A DNA stretch of 39,320 nucleotides, taken from the sequence record SRR20825006_2439; one strand, given 5' to 3'. The notes below the pieces were generated by a model. It had not been told where the DNA came from. It did not search any database and was given only the letters and a program-made list of their open reading frames with translations. Shown piece by piece: positions 19,655-28,771 of this stretch; position 1 is the stretch's first letter; every line of letters starts with the position of its first letter. A program made the position numbers and the translations under genes.

Positions 19655-19680
19655 GTCGCTGATCGAATTTGTCTGAGATC

Positions 19681-19897
19681 TCCGGCTTGTATCTTGTCCG
19701 GGTCGCTTCTTGCCCAAATGGGAAGCGGCGGTCCGGTCGGGGTATGCTCAGGCCCCGGCCAGCGGATGGGAGGCGGCCCGCTGCAGGGGCACGACTTCCC
19801 ACACCAATATGAATACCGTCCCTGCCGAAGGCGCCGCCTTCCGTCCGCAAGGACCTTGGATGACAGGAAACCGGAAGGGCACACGCCCTGTCCGGCT
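19681..19897 (+). ncRNA. Structured intergenic element resembling an IS110-family non-coding end (bridge-RNA-like), no transposase
   Basis: Begins CTTGTAT (19686). Has nested stems GTCGCTT/AAGCGGC, GCCCC/GGGGC with inner CAGCGG/CCGCTG, and GTCC-GCAA-GGAC. Bounded by a TCCGGCT direct repeat (19681-19687, 19891-19897). The IS110 resemblance is from recall. Confidence 0.45.
19863..19895 (-). terminator. Hairpin terminator downstream of gdh (possibly bidirectional)
   Basis: CCGGA-AGGGC-ACAC-GCCCT-G-TCCGG stem, followed on the minus strand by TTTCC, 16 bp after the gdh stop. Confidence 0.5.
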
Positions 19898-19910
19898 CTT
19901 GGTGCAACGA

Positions 19911-22900
19911 TCAGTGGCGCATGAACTGGCGCAACGCGTCGGCCGCAAGCGCAAATCGCGCAAACGCCCAATTGCGATCCTTGCCCAGCGTATGCAACTC
20001 TGCGAGCAATGCCTTGCGCGCATCATTGCGCTCGGCGAGCCAGGCATCTGCCCCGTCTCCGGCGAGAGCCTTCTCTGTTGCATCCGCCTGCATCCGAACC
20101 AGTTCGTTCAACAGGCGACGGCCCGCCACGCGATCCCAATAATCTGCATGCAGCAGATTGTCCCGCGCCATGGCGCGAAGCCGGTCGATGCGCAGCTGGT
20201 CGCCAATCGTGTAGAAAGCCTTGCCGGCCGCCTCCACACTGACACCCGCCTTGCCAGCCAGATCGACCACGAGCAGCCCTTGGGCAAACTGGCCCATCGC
20301 AGCCGCCCATCGCGAAATCTCTTCCGACGCGCCGCGCTTCATCAGGCTACGCACTTCGCGCTCGATGCGCGCAGCCGGGAACGGCGAGTGAATGCCGGCG
20401 AGAATGGCCTTGAACTCGTTCAGAGGCGCTTCGGTATGTTGCACGGCGTCGCCGACATGCAGGTCCGGATGGGTTTCAATGAACCAGAGCGCCGCATCGA
20501 CCATGGCGCTTGCCGCATGCAGACGCAGATCGATTTGCACATCCGCAGGCACGATCGTGTCGAGCTGGTCGACCTCGCGCTGGAAGCCGTCAAAGTTCAA
20601 AACGGCACGCGCCGCTTCGAGCCCGCGCGCGACTTGCGCATTGTCGCCGCCGGTCACTTCGCGCAGACGCAGCAGGGCCACCGGCCCGGCCATGTCCAGC
20701 ACACGATTGGCAATGATCGTCGCGATAATTTCCCGCTTCAGGCGATGGTTCGACATCGCCTTTGAATAGGTGTTGATCGGACTCGGGAAGTAATTGACCA
20801 ACAGGTCTTCGAAATACGGATCGTCCGGAATATCGGAGGCCACAATATCGTCGAACAGAGTGATCTTCGACCAGGCGAGCAAGACGGCTAATTCCGGCCG
20901 GGTCAATGGCTGGCCGCGCTCGGCACGCACCTTCATCTCACCGGTCTCCGGCAAGGTTTCCAGCGCGCGGTTCAATACGCCTCGGTCTTCCAGATACTCC
21001 ATCAGGCGCTCAAGCGCATCATGGTCTTCCTTGGCCGTCGTTTCGGCCAGGGTCAGCGCAAAGGTCTGTGTATAATTATGACGCAGGACAAGCGCCGCCA
21101 CGTCACTGGTCATCTCCGCAAGAAGGTCGTTGCGGTCTGCCGGATCGAGGTCGCCCTCACGAACCGCCTCAGCAGCCAGAATCTTGATGTTCACTTCGTG
21201 GTCAGACGAATCGACGCCGGCGGAATTGTCGATCGCGTCTGTATTGATCCGTCCCCCATGCAGGTCAAACTCGATTCGCCCGGCTTGGGTGACGCCCAGA
21301 TTGGCCCCTTCCCCGATGACTTTCACCTTCAGCTGATTTGCATCAACCCGGATCGCATCATTGGCACGGTCACCGGCGGCCGCATGAGTTTCATGCGCGG
21401 CTTTCACATAGGTGCCAATGCCGCCGAACCAGAGCAAGTCCGCATCCGTCTTCAGCAGGGCGTGGATCAACTCGTCGGGTGTGACCGCATCCTTTGACAA
21501 GCCACTCAGCGCCTTGATCTCATCGCTCAGCGTGATCGACTTGGCGGAGCGCTCGAAGATTCCGCCGCCTTTCGACAGGATTCCTTTGTTGTAGTCCGCC
21601 CAGCTCGATTGCGGCTTGTCGAACAGACGCTGACGTTCAGTCAGGTTCTTGGCAGCGTCCTGAGGGTCCGGGTCGATGAAGATGTGCATGTGGTTGAAGG
21701 CCGCGATCAGCCGGATTTCCGGCGATAGCAACATGCCATTGCCAAACACGTCTCCACTCATGTCGCCCACACCGATCACGGTGAAAGGTTCGGTCTGGAT
21801 GTTCTTGCCGAGTTCGCGGAAGTGACGCTTGACCGCTTCCCAGCCTCCCCGCGCAGTAATACCCATCTTCTTGTGATCGTAGCCAACCGAACCACCCGAC
21901 GCGAACGCATCGCCCAGCCAGTGGCCCATCTCCTCACTGATCGCATTGGCGGTGTCGGAGAAGGTCGCCGTGCCCTTGTCCGCCGCCACGACGAGGTAGG
22001 GGTCTTCACCATCCCAGACAATCGTGTCCGCCGGGTGGGTGACCTGCCCCTCCACGAGATTGTCCGTGATACCGAGCAACGCCCGGATGAATTCCTTGTA
22101 GGCATCCCGTCCAGCCTCGAACCAGGCATTGCGGTCAGAACGATCCGGCAATTGCTTTGGCAAGAATCCACCCTTGGAGCCGACCGGCACGATGACCGCA
22201 TTCTTCACCTGCTGCGCTTTCACAAGGCCCAGAACTTCGGTGCGATAGTCTGATGCACGGTCCGACCAGCGCAGCCCCCCGCGCGCAACCGCGCCAAAGC
22301 GCAAATGCACGCCCTCGACCCGCGGGCTCGACATATATATCTCGCGGAAGGGTTTCGGCTCCGGCAGGTCTTCCAGTTCGCGGCTGGCAATCTTGAGGCT
22401 GACAAAACTGTAGGGCGCGCCATCGCCATTGGTCTGGTAGAAATTGGTCCGCTGAACGGCCAGGATCAGATCAGCGAGACGGCGCAGCACCTGATCGTCT
22501 GCCAGCGCCGACACGTCGCGTAATGCGTCCTCGATCTCTGCGCGCATTTTCTCGGCTTCATGCGTGCGTTCGGCGAGTGACATATCGCGCGCCGGATCGA
22601 AGCGGATAGCGAACAGGTCCAGCAATTTCTGGGCAATCGCCGGATAAGTCGAAAGCGCCGTCTCCTGAACATATTGCGGTTGATCCATGCCGCTCTGGCG
22701 GCGATATCCGGCGAGCGCCCGGATCAGGGCCGCATCGCGCCAGCTTGCGTCAGCGCTGAGCACCAGCCGGTTGAAGCCGTCATTTTCGGCCCGTCCGCTC
22801 CAGACCGCAACAAACGCATCCTCCAGCGCGGTTCGGATTGCATCAAGGTCAATTGCTGCGCCGGCCGTCGCGCACATGACAACATCGTGGATCCAGTAGG

Positions 22901-24638
22901 TCTCGGGCGCATCGTCGGCTGGCTTTTCCGTCGGACGGACCGGATAGCCGGTCTCGAAATCCACGAAGAAACCCATTTGCTCGAAGATTGGCACACAGGC
23001 AGACAGCGGGATCGAACCATTGCGGGAGTATATCTTGACCCGTATCTTGTTGTCGGAATCCCCTTCCAGCCGGTAGGCGCGCGTCAGGATGGGGTGACCG
23101 GCAGACAAATTTGCCATCGCCGCAACATCGCGCATCGCCTCGTCAGGCCCGAAGGCTTCGCGATAGGCTGCATTGAAAGCCCCGATGAAGGAACGTGCAT
23201 TTTCCTGATGTGCGCGTTCAAGGTCAGACTGGACCAGCGCCGACCGGAAGCCTTGCTCCCATGTTCGCGTGATCTGGACGATACGCTTCTCGAGCGCCGC
23301 AAGGTCCGGCAAGGGATGGCCCTGTCCCAGCCAGATTTCGAAATGGACCCGGACCAGGGTCTCGGAATCAAAATACGGTCGGAAGCGCGTCACATGCCCA
23401 TTATAAGCGGTGACCAGTTCCTGCGTGATGCGTTGACGCATGGCGGTGTCATAGGCTTCACGCGGCACATAGACGATTGCGGTGACAAACCGGTCAAATT
23501 GGTCCTGTTGCACGAACAGGCGCGTGCGTGGCCGCCCGATCAGATGCAGCGCGCCGACAATGATCGGATGGAGGATTTTCGACGAGGTCTGAAACAACTC
23601 ATCGCGCGGCCAGGTTTCCAGCAGATTGGTCAACGCCTTTTCGGTATGTCCGCCGGGCGTTGCGCCAGAAGCTTCGAGGATGGCGGCGATTCGACGGCGG
23701 ATCAGCGGGATGGAACGGGCCGTTTCGTCATAGGCCTCGGCGGTGAACAGGCCGAGGAAGCGAACTTCACCATTCACCCTGCCCTGCGCATCATATTTCT
23801 TCACGCCGACATAGTCGCAAGCGACCCGGCGGTGCACGAGGCTGGTCAGCGTCGATTTGGCAACAAGGATCGGATACGGTTCCGACAGATGTGCGCCAAT
23901 CTCAGGCGTCAACACGAGGGGTTCGGCCTCGCGAGACAGAACGTTCAGTTCTTCATCGCGCAGCACGCCCAGATTGGAGCCCTCCACCATGATCGGCTCT
24001 TCGGGCAGCACTTGCCCATCGGCATTTGTCTCGAATTCGTATTCGCGGCAGCCGAGGAACACGAAATGTTCCCGCGAAAGCCATTTCAGGAAGGCAACTG
24101 CTTCGTCGCGGTCCATCTCTTTGAGATGCGTGACGCCCTTCAGCCGGTCGATCTCCTGCTGCATGCGCGCCCGCATGGGCTCAAAGTCCGATACGGCAAC
24201 CGCATTGTGCGCCAGCGCCAGGCGAACTCCGGCTTTCAGGCGCGCCGCCTCATCATGGGTCAGGATCGGCAAATGAACCTGGATGACGGACACGCTGCGC
24301 CCGTCCTGTCGTTTGACAATCGGATGAAACAGGGCCGCGACCTCAAACCCCTGCGCGCCGCACTCGCCAAGCACCGAATCCACGAGGAATGGCATGTCCG
24401 GGCTGGCGGTCTCTAGAATGGTACGTGACAGGGAGTCCCCGTTTTCCCCATCGACCTCCAGCAGGACGCGCACATCCTGCTCTCCCGGAGCGACCGTCTC
24501 TGCCCATTCCCAATGGCGGCGCGCAAGAAATTTTAGGTCGCCATCCGTCAGTCCGGTGAGGTCTTCGTGCCCTGATTCCCGCTGAATCTGGTCGAAAACT
24601 TGCTCCAACGGCTCATGTGAAGCAGAATTTACTGTCAT
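19911..24638 (-). CDS. gdhB: Large NAD-specific glutamate dehydrogenase (GdhB/GdhZ type)
   Basis: 1575 aa; DMPFLVDS, ARGGLRWSDR, VGSKGGF, AADKGTATFSD, GVGDMSGDVFGNG, EGANLG. Confidence 0.96.
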   Translation of the reverse strand: MTVNSASHEPLEQVFDQIQRESGHEDLTGLTDGDLKFLARRHWEWAETVAPGEQDVRVLLEVDGENGDSLSRTILETASPDMPFLVDSVLGECGAQGFEVAALFHPIVKRQDGRSVSVIQVHLPILTHDEAARLKAGVRLALAHNAVAVSDFEPMRARMQQEIDRLKGVTHLKEMDRDEAVAFLKWLSREHFVFLGCREYEFETNADGQVLPEEPIMVEGSNLGVLRDEELNVLSREAEPLVLTPEIGAHLSEPYPILVAKSTLTSLVHRRVACDYVGVKKYDAQGRVNGEVRFLGLFTAEAYDETARSIPLIRRRIAAILEASGATPGGHTEKALTNLLETWPRDELFQTSSKILHPIIVGALHLIGRPRTRLFVQQDQFDRFVTAIVYVPREAYDTAMRQRITQELVTAYNGHVTRFRPYFDSETLVRVHFEIWLGQGHPLPDLAALEKRIVQITRTWEQGFRSALVQSDLERAHQENARSFIGAFNAAYREAFGPDEAMRDVAAMANLSAGHPILTRAYRLEGDSDNKIRVKIYSRNGSIPLSACVPIFEQMGFFVDFETGYPVRPTEKPADDAPETYWIHDVVMCATAGAAIDLDAIRTALEDAFVAVWSGRAENDGFNRLVLSADASWRDAALIRALAGYRRQSGMDQPQYVQETALSTYPAIAQKLLDLFAIRFDPARDMSLAERTHEAEKMRAEIEDALRDVSALADDQVLRRLADLILAVQRTNFYQTNGDGAPYSFVSLKIASRELEDLPEPKPFREIYMSSPRVEGVHLRFGAVARGGLRWSDRASDYRTEVLGLVKAQQVKNAVIVPVGSKGGFLPKQLPDRSDRNAWFEAGRDAYKEFIRALLGITDNLVEGQVTHPADTIVWDGEDPYLVVAADKGTATFSDTANAISEEMGHWLGDAFASGGSVGYDHKKMGITARGGWEAVKRHFRELGKNIQTEPFTVIGVGDMSGDVFGNGMLLSPEIRLIAAFNHMHIFIDPDPQDAAKNLTERQRLFDKPQSSWADYNKGILSKGGGIFERSAKSITLSDEIKALSGLSKDAVTPDELIHALLKTDADLLWFGGIGTYVKAAHETHAAAGDRANDAIRVDANQLKVKVIGEGANLGVTQAGRIEFDLHGGRINTDAIDNSAGVDSSDHEVNIKILAAEAVREGDLDPADRNDLLAEMTSDVAALVLRHNYTQTFALTLAETTAKEDHDALERLMEYLEDRGVLNRALETLPETGEMKVRAERGQPLTRPELAVLLAWSKITLFDDIVASDIPDDPYFEDLLVNYFPSPINTYSKAMSNHRLKREIIATIIANRVLDMAGPVALLRLREVTGGDNAQVARGLEAARAVLNFDGFQREVDQLDTIVPADVQIDLRLHAASAMVDAALWFIETHPDLHVGDAVQHTEAPLNEFKAILAGIHSPFPAARIEREVRSLMKRGASEEISRWAAAMGQFAQGLLVVDLAGKAGVSVEAAGKAFYTIGDQLRIDRLRAMARDNLLHADYWDRVAGRRLLNELVRMQADATEKALAGDGADAWLAERNDARKALLAELHTLGKDRNWAFARFALAADALRQFMRH

Positions 24639-24777
24639 GTGGGTGTCTCGCGAAAGAACTTAACGATGTTCCCATCTAGACTGCGTTGGCACACCGGCAC
24701 AACACATAGGGGCAAATGAATTGCCCCAGCGTCATGACGGGTCTTTGGGGGATCGAATCTTGGGCCCTCAGGGCCCG

Positions 24778-24871
24778 ATATAAACGGACCCGCCGAACGG
24801 GGACGTGTCCGGCGGGTCCTACAGGCCTATTCCGCAGGCTGGGTGGGGGGACGCACGCGGAGGGCCTGATC
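24778..24871 (-). ncRNA. Putative sigma54-dependent small RNA with two CGUCCCC-loop hairpins
   Basis: Starts about 12 nt downstream of a -24/-12 promoter. Hairpin 1 is AGGCC..UCCGC/GCGGA..GGCCU with loop GUCCCCCCACCC. Hairpin 2 is a perfect 10-bp GGACCCGCCG/CGGCGGGUCC stem (24786-24819) with loop ACGUCCCC, followed by GUUUAUAU. Confidence 0.6.
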
Positions 24872-24880
24872 TCACTAAAT

Positions 24881-24898
24881 TTGCAAGCGCTGTGCCGA
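24881..24898 (-). promoter_or_regulatory. sigma54 (-24/-12) promoter
   Basis: Minus strand TCGGCAC-AGCGC-TTGCAA matches TGGCAC-N5-TTGCA with exact GG-N10-GC spacing. Confidence 0.7.
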
Positions 24899-24996
24899 AT
24901 ACAAGTCTTCGTCAGCAGCGCCTGATGTTACCAATAATTGAGTATGGGCTCTGAACCGGATTCGCAATTATTAACTTGCCTAACACTTCGCATAAT

Positions 24997-26124
24997 TTAT
25001 CGATTTTCACCATAGGTCTGAGCAGCGCTGACTGCATCCGACAGCTCCGTATTGGTACCCTTGCCTTGTGGATTACCATCTGCAGAAAGCAGGATTGCAA
25101 TCCATCTGGTGCTGGAAGATTGCGCAAAGAATATCATCATCAGAACCGTCAAAGGTGCCGACAGGAACATGCCGGGAATGCCCCAGATTGCACCCCAGAT
25201 GGCCAGGGAAAGCAGGACGACCAAAGCTGACAAATTCAGCGACTCCCCCATCATGCGCGGCTGGATGAAATTGCCGATCGAGAACTGCCAGAAACTGACG
25301 GCCGCAAACACGATCGCCGCATAGATGTAGTTGTCTTGCGGTGGTGTGCCCGGCACCCAGGCCGGAAGTTCCGGCTGCACGATGGCAAACAGCGGGGGCA
25401 CCAGTGCCGCAACAATTGACCCCACAGTCGGGATATAATTGAGCACAAATATCAAAGCCGACAGGAAGAGCGCATTTTGCACCCCCAAGGCCAGCAATGA
25501 GAAATAGGTCAATGCGGTGATCAGGGCGGAGATCACAGTCTGGGTCCACAGATAGGTTTCGATACTGCGCCGCGCTTCATCGCCCACCTGGCGCACCTGC
25601 GCGCGTTGCTCGAAACCGGGGAAGATATTGTCCAGTTTCCGGGTCCAACTGGACTGCGCCAGGAACAGGAAGGCGACATAGATCAGGATCAGGACCAGAT
25701 CGCCGGACAGGTCACCGGTTTCGTTGGCGATGGTCGCAAAGAAACGTTGTCCGGTTTCGTTGAACAGCAGTTCCTGCAGTGTCGGCGCACCCGACATGTG
25801 CACCACCTCATACATGTCCGCGATCATGTCGTTGATCCGGTTTTCATACTCTCCGGCGTCGCGCCCAAATTCGGCGATGCCATTTGCGAGCAGCGCCATG
25901 AATCCGAAAAATCCACCCAAAACAATCAGGACCGCGAAAACCCGGGCGTGCCCGATCTTGAGCGCGCGAGACCAATTGTCGATCATCGTGGCAAAGCCCT
26001 CGATGACGAGGAACAGGAACACAGCCAGCGCAAAGGGCGCGAGGATGCTGCGGCCAAAATGAAGGAAGGTCAGGATGACGCCGGTCGCGATGATCCAGAT
26101 GCCGGTCTTCGTCGCGCGATCCAT
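24997..26124 (-). CDS. AI-2E family transporter
   Basis: Multi-TM; LNYIPTVGS, IQPRMMG..LNLS, WGAIWGIPGMFLSAP motifs; start taken at ATG 26124. Confidence 0.9.
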   Translation of the reverse strand: MDRATKTGIWIIATGVILTFLHFGRSILAPFALAVFLFLVIEGFATMIDNWSRALKIGHARVFAVLIVLGGFFGFMALLANGIAEFGRDAGEYENRINDMIADMYEVVHMSGAPTLQELLFNETGQRFFATIANETGDLSGDLVLILIYVAFLFLAQSSWTRKLDNIFPGFEQRAQVRQVGDEARRSIETYLWTQTVISALITALTYFSLLALGVQNALFLSALIFVLNYIPTVGSIVAALVPPLFAIVQPELPAWVPGTPPQDNYIYAAIVFAAVSFWQFSIGNFIQPRMMGESLNLSALVVLLSLAIWGAIWGIPGMFLSAPLTVLMMIFFAQSSSTRWIAILLSADGNPQGKGTNTELSDAVSAAQTYGENR

Positions 26125-26255
26125 AATATCCCCCGGAGCTGTGGTTACCACAGGGTGAGGAGAGCCTCGCGCGCCGTCAAGAGCCTGCGCCTCCACCCTT
26201 GCCGAATCCGGCGAATTCTCTAGCGTCGCAGCCTGTAAGGAATGAAGGGGACAGG

Positions 26256-27779
26256 ATGATGGATTCCATCTTTATCGGGGGCGCAGATGCCGAGGGCACC
26301 GGCACGCCAAATGTGGCGCAGAACCTGTTGCTGAAAATCGCAAACCGGCATGGCCTGATCGCGGGCGCAACCGGCACCGGCAAGACAGTCACCCTGCAAA
26401 ACCTGGCTCAGGGCTTTTCCGATGCGGGCGTTCCTGTCTTCTGCGCGGACGTGAAAGGTGACCTTTCGGGCATCTGCATACCCGGCAGCACGGATCACAA
26501 GCTGCACGACAAATTCGTTGCACGCGCCAACAAGATCGGGCTCGGCGAGTATGAGTACACGTCTGCGCCAACCGTGTTCTGGGACGTGTTCGGCGAGAAG
26601 GGCCATCCGATCCGCACCACGATTTCCGAAATGGGGCCCCTGCTCCTCTCGCGGCTGATGGACCTCACCGACGCGCAGGAAGGCGTGCTGAACATCGCGT
26701 TCGAATATGCCGACGATAATGGCCTGCTGCTGCTTGACCTGAAGGATCTGCGCAAACTGCTCGTTCATATGAGCGACAAGGAGGTCCGCGACGAACTCAG
26801 CAAGGAATACGGCAACATTGCCTCTGCGTCGCTTGGCGCGGTGCAACGCAACTTGCTCGTCATGGAACGCGAAGGTGCCGATTTCTTCTTCGGCGAACCC
26901 GCACTGGAATTGTCGGACATGATGCGCACCAATACCGATGGGCGCGGCATCGTGAACGTGCTGGATGCCACCCGCCTGATCAACAGTCCAAAACTCTACT
27001 CCACATTCCTGCTCTGGCTGTTGTCGGAACTGTTCGAGCAGCTTCCCGAGATTGGCGATCCGGACAAGCCGCGCCTCGTCTTCTTCTTTGATGAAGCCCA
27101 CCTGTTGTTCGACGACGCTCCTGCGGCGCTGATGCAGAAGATCGAGCAGGTCGTGCGGCTGATCCGCTCCAAGGGTGTAGGCGTCTATTTCGTTACCCAA
27201 AACCCGCGCGACCTGCCGGAAAGCGTGCTCGCACAACTGGGCAACCGGCTGCAGCATGCCCTGCGCGCCTATACGCCCGCCGAACGCAAAGGCGTACGCG
27301 CCGCGGCGCAGTCCTTCCGCGAGAATGAGACTTTTGACACAGAGGAAGTCATCACCCAGCTTGGCGTTGGCGAGGCACTGGTCTCAACGCTGGACGCCAA
27401 GGGCGCGCCAAGCGTGGTACAATGGACCGTGATCCGCCCACCAGCCTCACGACTTGGCCCGGCAACGGACGCGGAGCGCAAATCGGTCCAGAATGCCAGT
27501 CCCGTCGCCGGAAAGTACGAGAAGTCGATTGACCGTGAGTCGGCCTATGAAGTGCTGGAAGCGCGCGAAGTGAAAGCCGCCAAGGAAGCTGAGGAACTTG
27601 CCAAGAAAGAGGCCAAGGCTCAGGCCGAGCTGGACAAGAAGAAAAAGAAAACGACCACGCGCCGTAGCTCCCGCCGGATGAGTTCGCTCGAGAAAGCGGG
27701 AAATCAGGCAGCCCGAACGGCCAGCCGGGAGATCGTCCGTTACATCCTGCGCGGCATCATGGGCACGTTCAAACGCTAG
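26256..27779 (+). CDS. HerA-like ATPase, DUF853/YjgR family
   Basis: [15 protein letters not shown] Walker [11 protein letters not shown] Walker B, RSKGVG, QHALRA. Confidence 0.92.
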   Translation: MMDSIFIGGADAEGTGTPNVAQNLLLKIANRHGLIAGATGTGKTVTLQNLAQGFSDAGVPVFCADVKGDLSGICIPGSTDHKLHDKFVARANKIGLGEYEYTSAPTVFWDVFGEKGHPIRTTISEMGPLLLSRLMDLTDAQEGVLNIAFEYADDNGLLLLDLKDLRKLLVHMSDKEVRDELSKEYGNIASASLGAVQRNLLVMEREGADFFFGEPALELSDMMRTNTDGRGIVNVLDATRLINSPKLYSTFLLWLLSELFEQLPEIGDPDKPRLVFFFDEAHLLFDDAPAALMQKIEQVVRLIRSKGVGVYFVTQNPRDLPESVLAQLGNRLQHALRAYTPAERKGVRAAAQSFRENETFDTEEVITQLGVGEALVSTLDAKGAPSVVQWTVIRPPASRLGPATDAERKSVQNASPVAGKYEKSIDRESAYEVLEAREVKAAKEAEELAKKEAKAQAELDKKKKKTTTRRSSRRMSSLEKAGNQAARTASREIVRYILRGIMGTFKR

Positions 27780-27785
27780 CGGGGA

Positions 27786-28697
27786 TCAGTTGGGCAAGCG
27801 GCCGGCTTCGTCGGAGTCTTCCTCGGCATAGGCCTCGTCCTCTTCCGGCAGGTCGTCGTCCATCGCTTCAATCTCGGCCAGGGCGGCATCGACGTTTTCC
27901 GACGGCGTGATATCGGCTTCGCCCTCATGGGTGTCCTCGAAGTCCTCATCGATATATTCAGCTGCTTCGTCGGCTGCCGCGACGGCCATGACTTCCTCGG
28001 TCTTCGGCTTGCGCTTCCAGAACGGCGCATGCGGGTCGGCTTTCCGGTCATACTGCATGCTGTAATATTCATGGGCGGTATGGGTCAGCGGGCGCGGCGT
28101 CAGGTGCAGACCGTACTGGCGCAGACGTTCAACGACTTCATCGCGCAGATGCATGCCCGGAAAGGAATTTGCCGAGAAGCCATGCGCTTTCATCCAGTCG
28201 CGCACGTGCCAGCTGCGCACAGTGCCCGCCTCTGAAGGACGTACACCGGCGTGCTCTTCCCACATATAGAGCGTCGCAATGCCGTTGATCGTCGCATCCA
28301 TCGCGTCGTCGAGCGTTGCGCTGAGATCGCGCTTCTGGGCCAGCACCGCCCGCAATGCCATCTTGCGCGCCTCAAGTTCCTGATAGGTCGCGCCGATCAC
28401 GGCGATCGCATTGCGATTGGTCTTGATCAGGGAAGCGTTTACACCGTCGAGCTGCGGATGCTGGACCGGCAGCAGGACATCTGGTCCGGCTTCCTGCGTG
28501 TCGACGATCTGGGCGACCTCATTCACCATGCGCTGGAGATTGATTCGCATCTCATGGCTGATGCCGTCGAGGGCGGAGATCGCGCCATCGCGTTCTTCAT
28601 CCCTTAGCCGCCAAAGCTGCCAGGCGATCATCAATGCTGCTGCGATAAGCAGGCCGAGCCCGCCGGTGAAGAATGTGTAGAATTGCGCTTCACTCAT
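27786..28697 (-). CDS. Hypothetical membrane-anchored protein with acidic C-terminal tail
   Basis: 303 aa ORF filling the gap; N-terminal TM helix, helical core, D/E-rich tail. Confidence 0.75.
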   Translation of the reverse strand: MSEAQFYTFFTGGLGLLIAAALMIAWQLWRLRDEERDGAISALDGISHEMRINLQRMVNEVAQIVDTQEAGPDVLLPVQHPQLDGVNASLIKTNRNAIAVIGATYQELEARKMALRAVLAQKRDLSATLDDAMDATINGIATLYMWEEHAGVRPSEAGTVRSWHVRDWMKAHGFSANSFPGMHLRDEVVERLRQYGLHLTPRPLTHTAHEYYSMQYDRKADPHAPFWKRKPKTEEVMAVAAADEAAEYIDEDFEDTHEGEADITPSENVDAALAEIEAMDDDLPEEDEAYAEEDSDEAGRLPN

Positions 28698-28753
28698 TCT
28701 GAGATCCCCTCAACGCGTCCACCGTAAACCATGCTTCCCCCGCATGGCGACCG

Positions 28754-28769
28754 GTTAAGTGTTGGTAAA
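28754..28769 (-). promoter_or_regulatory. CtrA-like box
   Basis: Minus strand TTTA-CCAACAC-TTAAC has one mismatch to TTAA-N7-TTAAC and lies about 57 bp upstream of ORF 27786..28697. Confidence 0.5.
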
Positions 28770-28771
28770 CC

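Noticed and set aside
19686-19870. Cobalamin riboswitch, 6S, RNase P or tmRNA interpretation of the structured element
   Set aside because: Lacks the B12-box core (GCCCCCGCAACTGT, GCCACTG) and RNase P/tmRNA termini, and has no downstream gene to regulate because both neighbours converge.
19576-19971. Short ORFs crossing the aminopeptidase-gdh gap
   Set aside because: No RBS or recognisable motifs, no DEDD transposase remnant; they overlap real gene ends.
22674-24416. 580-aa plus-strand ORF
   Set aside because: Antisense shadow of gdh.
24687-24703. TTGGCAC on the plus strand as a second sigma54 promoter
   Set aside because: No GC at the -12 position (GG-N10-CA).
24716-24925. 69-aa ORF in the gdh upstream region
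   Set aside because: Antisense to the sigma54 promoter and hairpins; no protein features.
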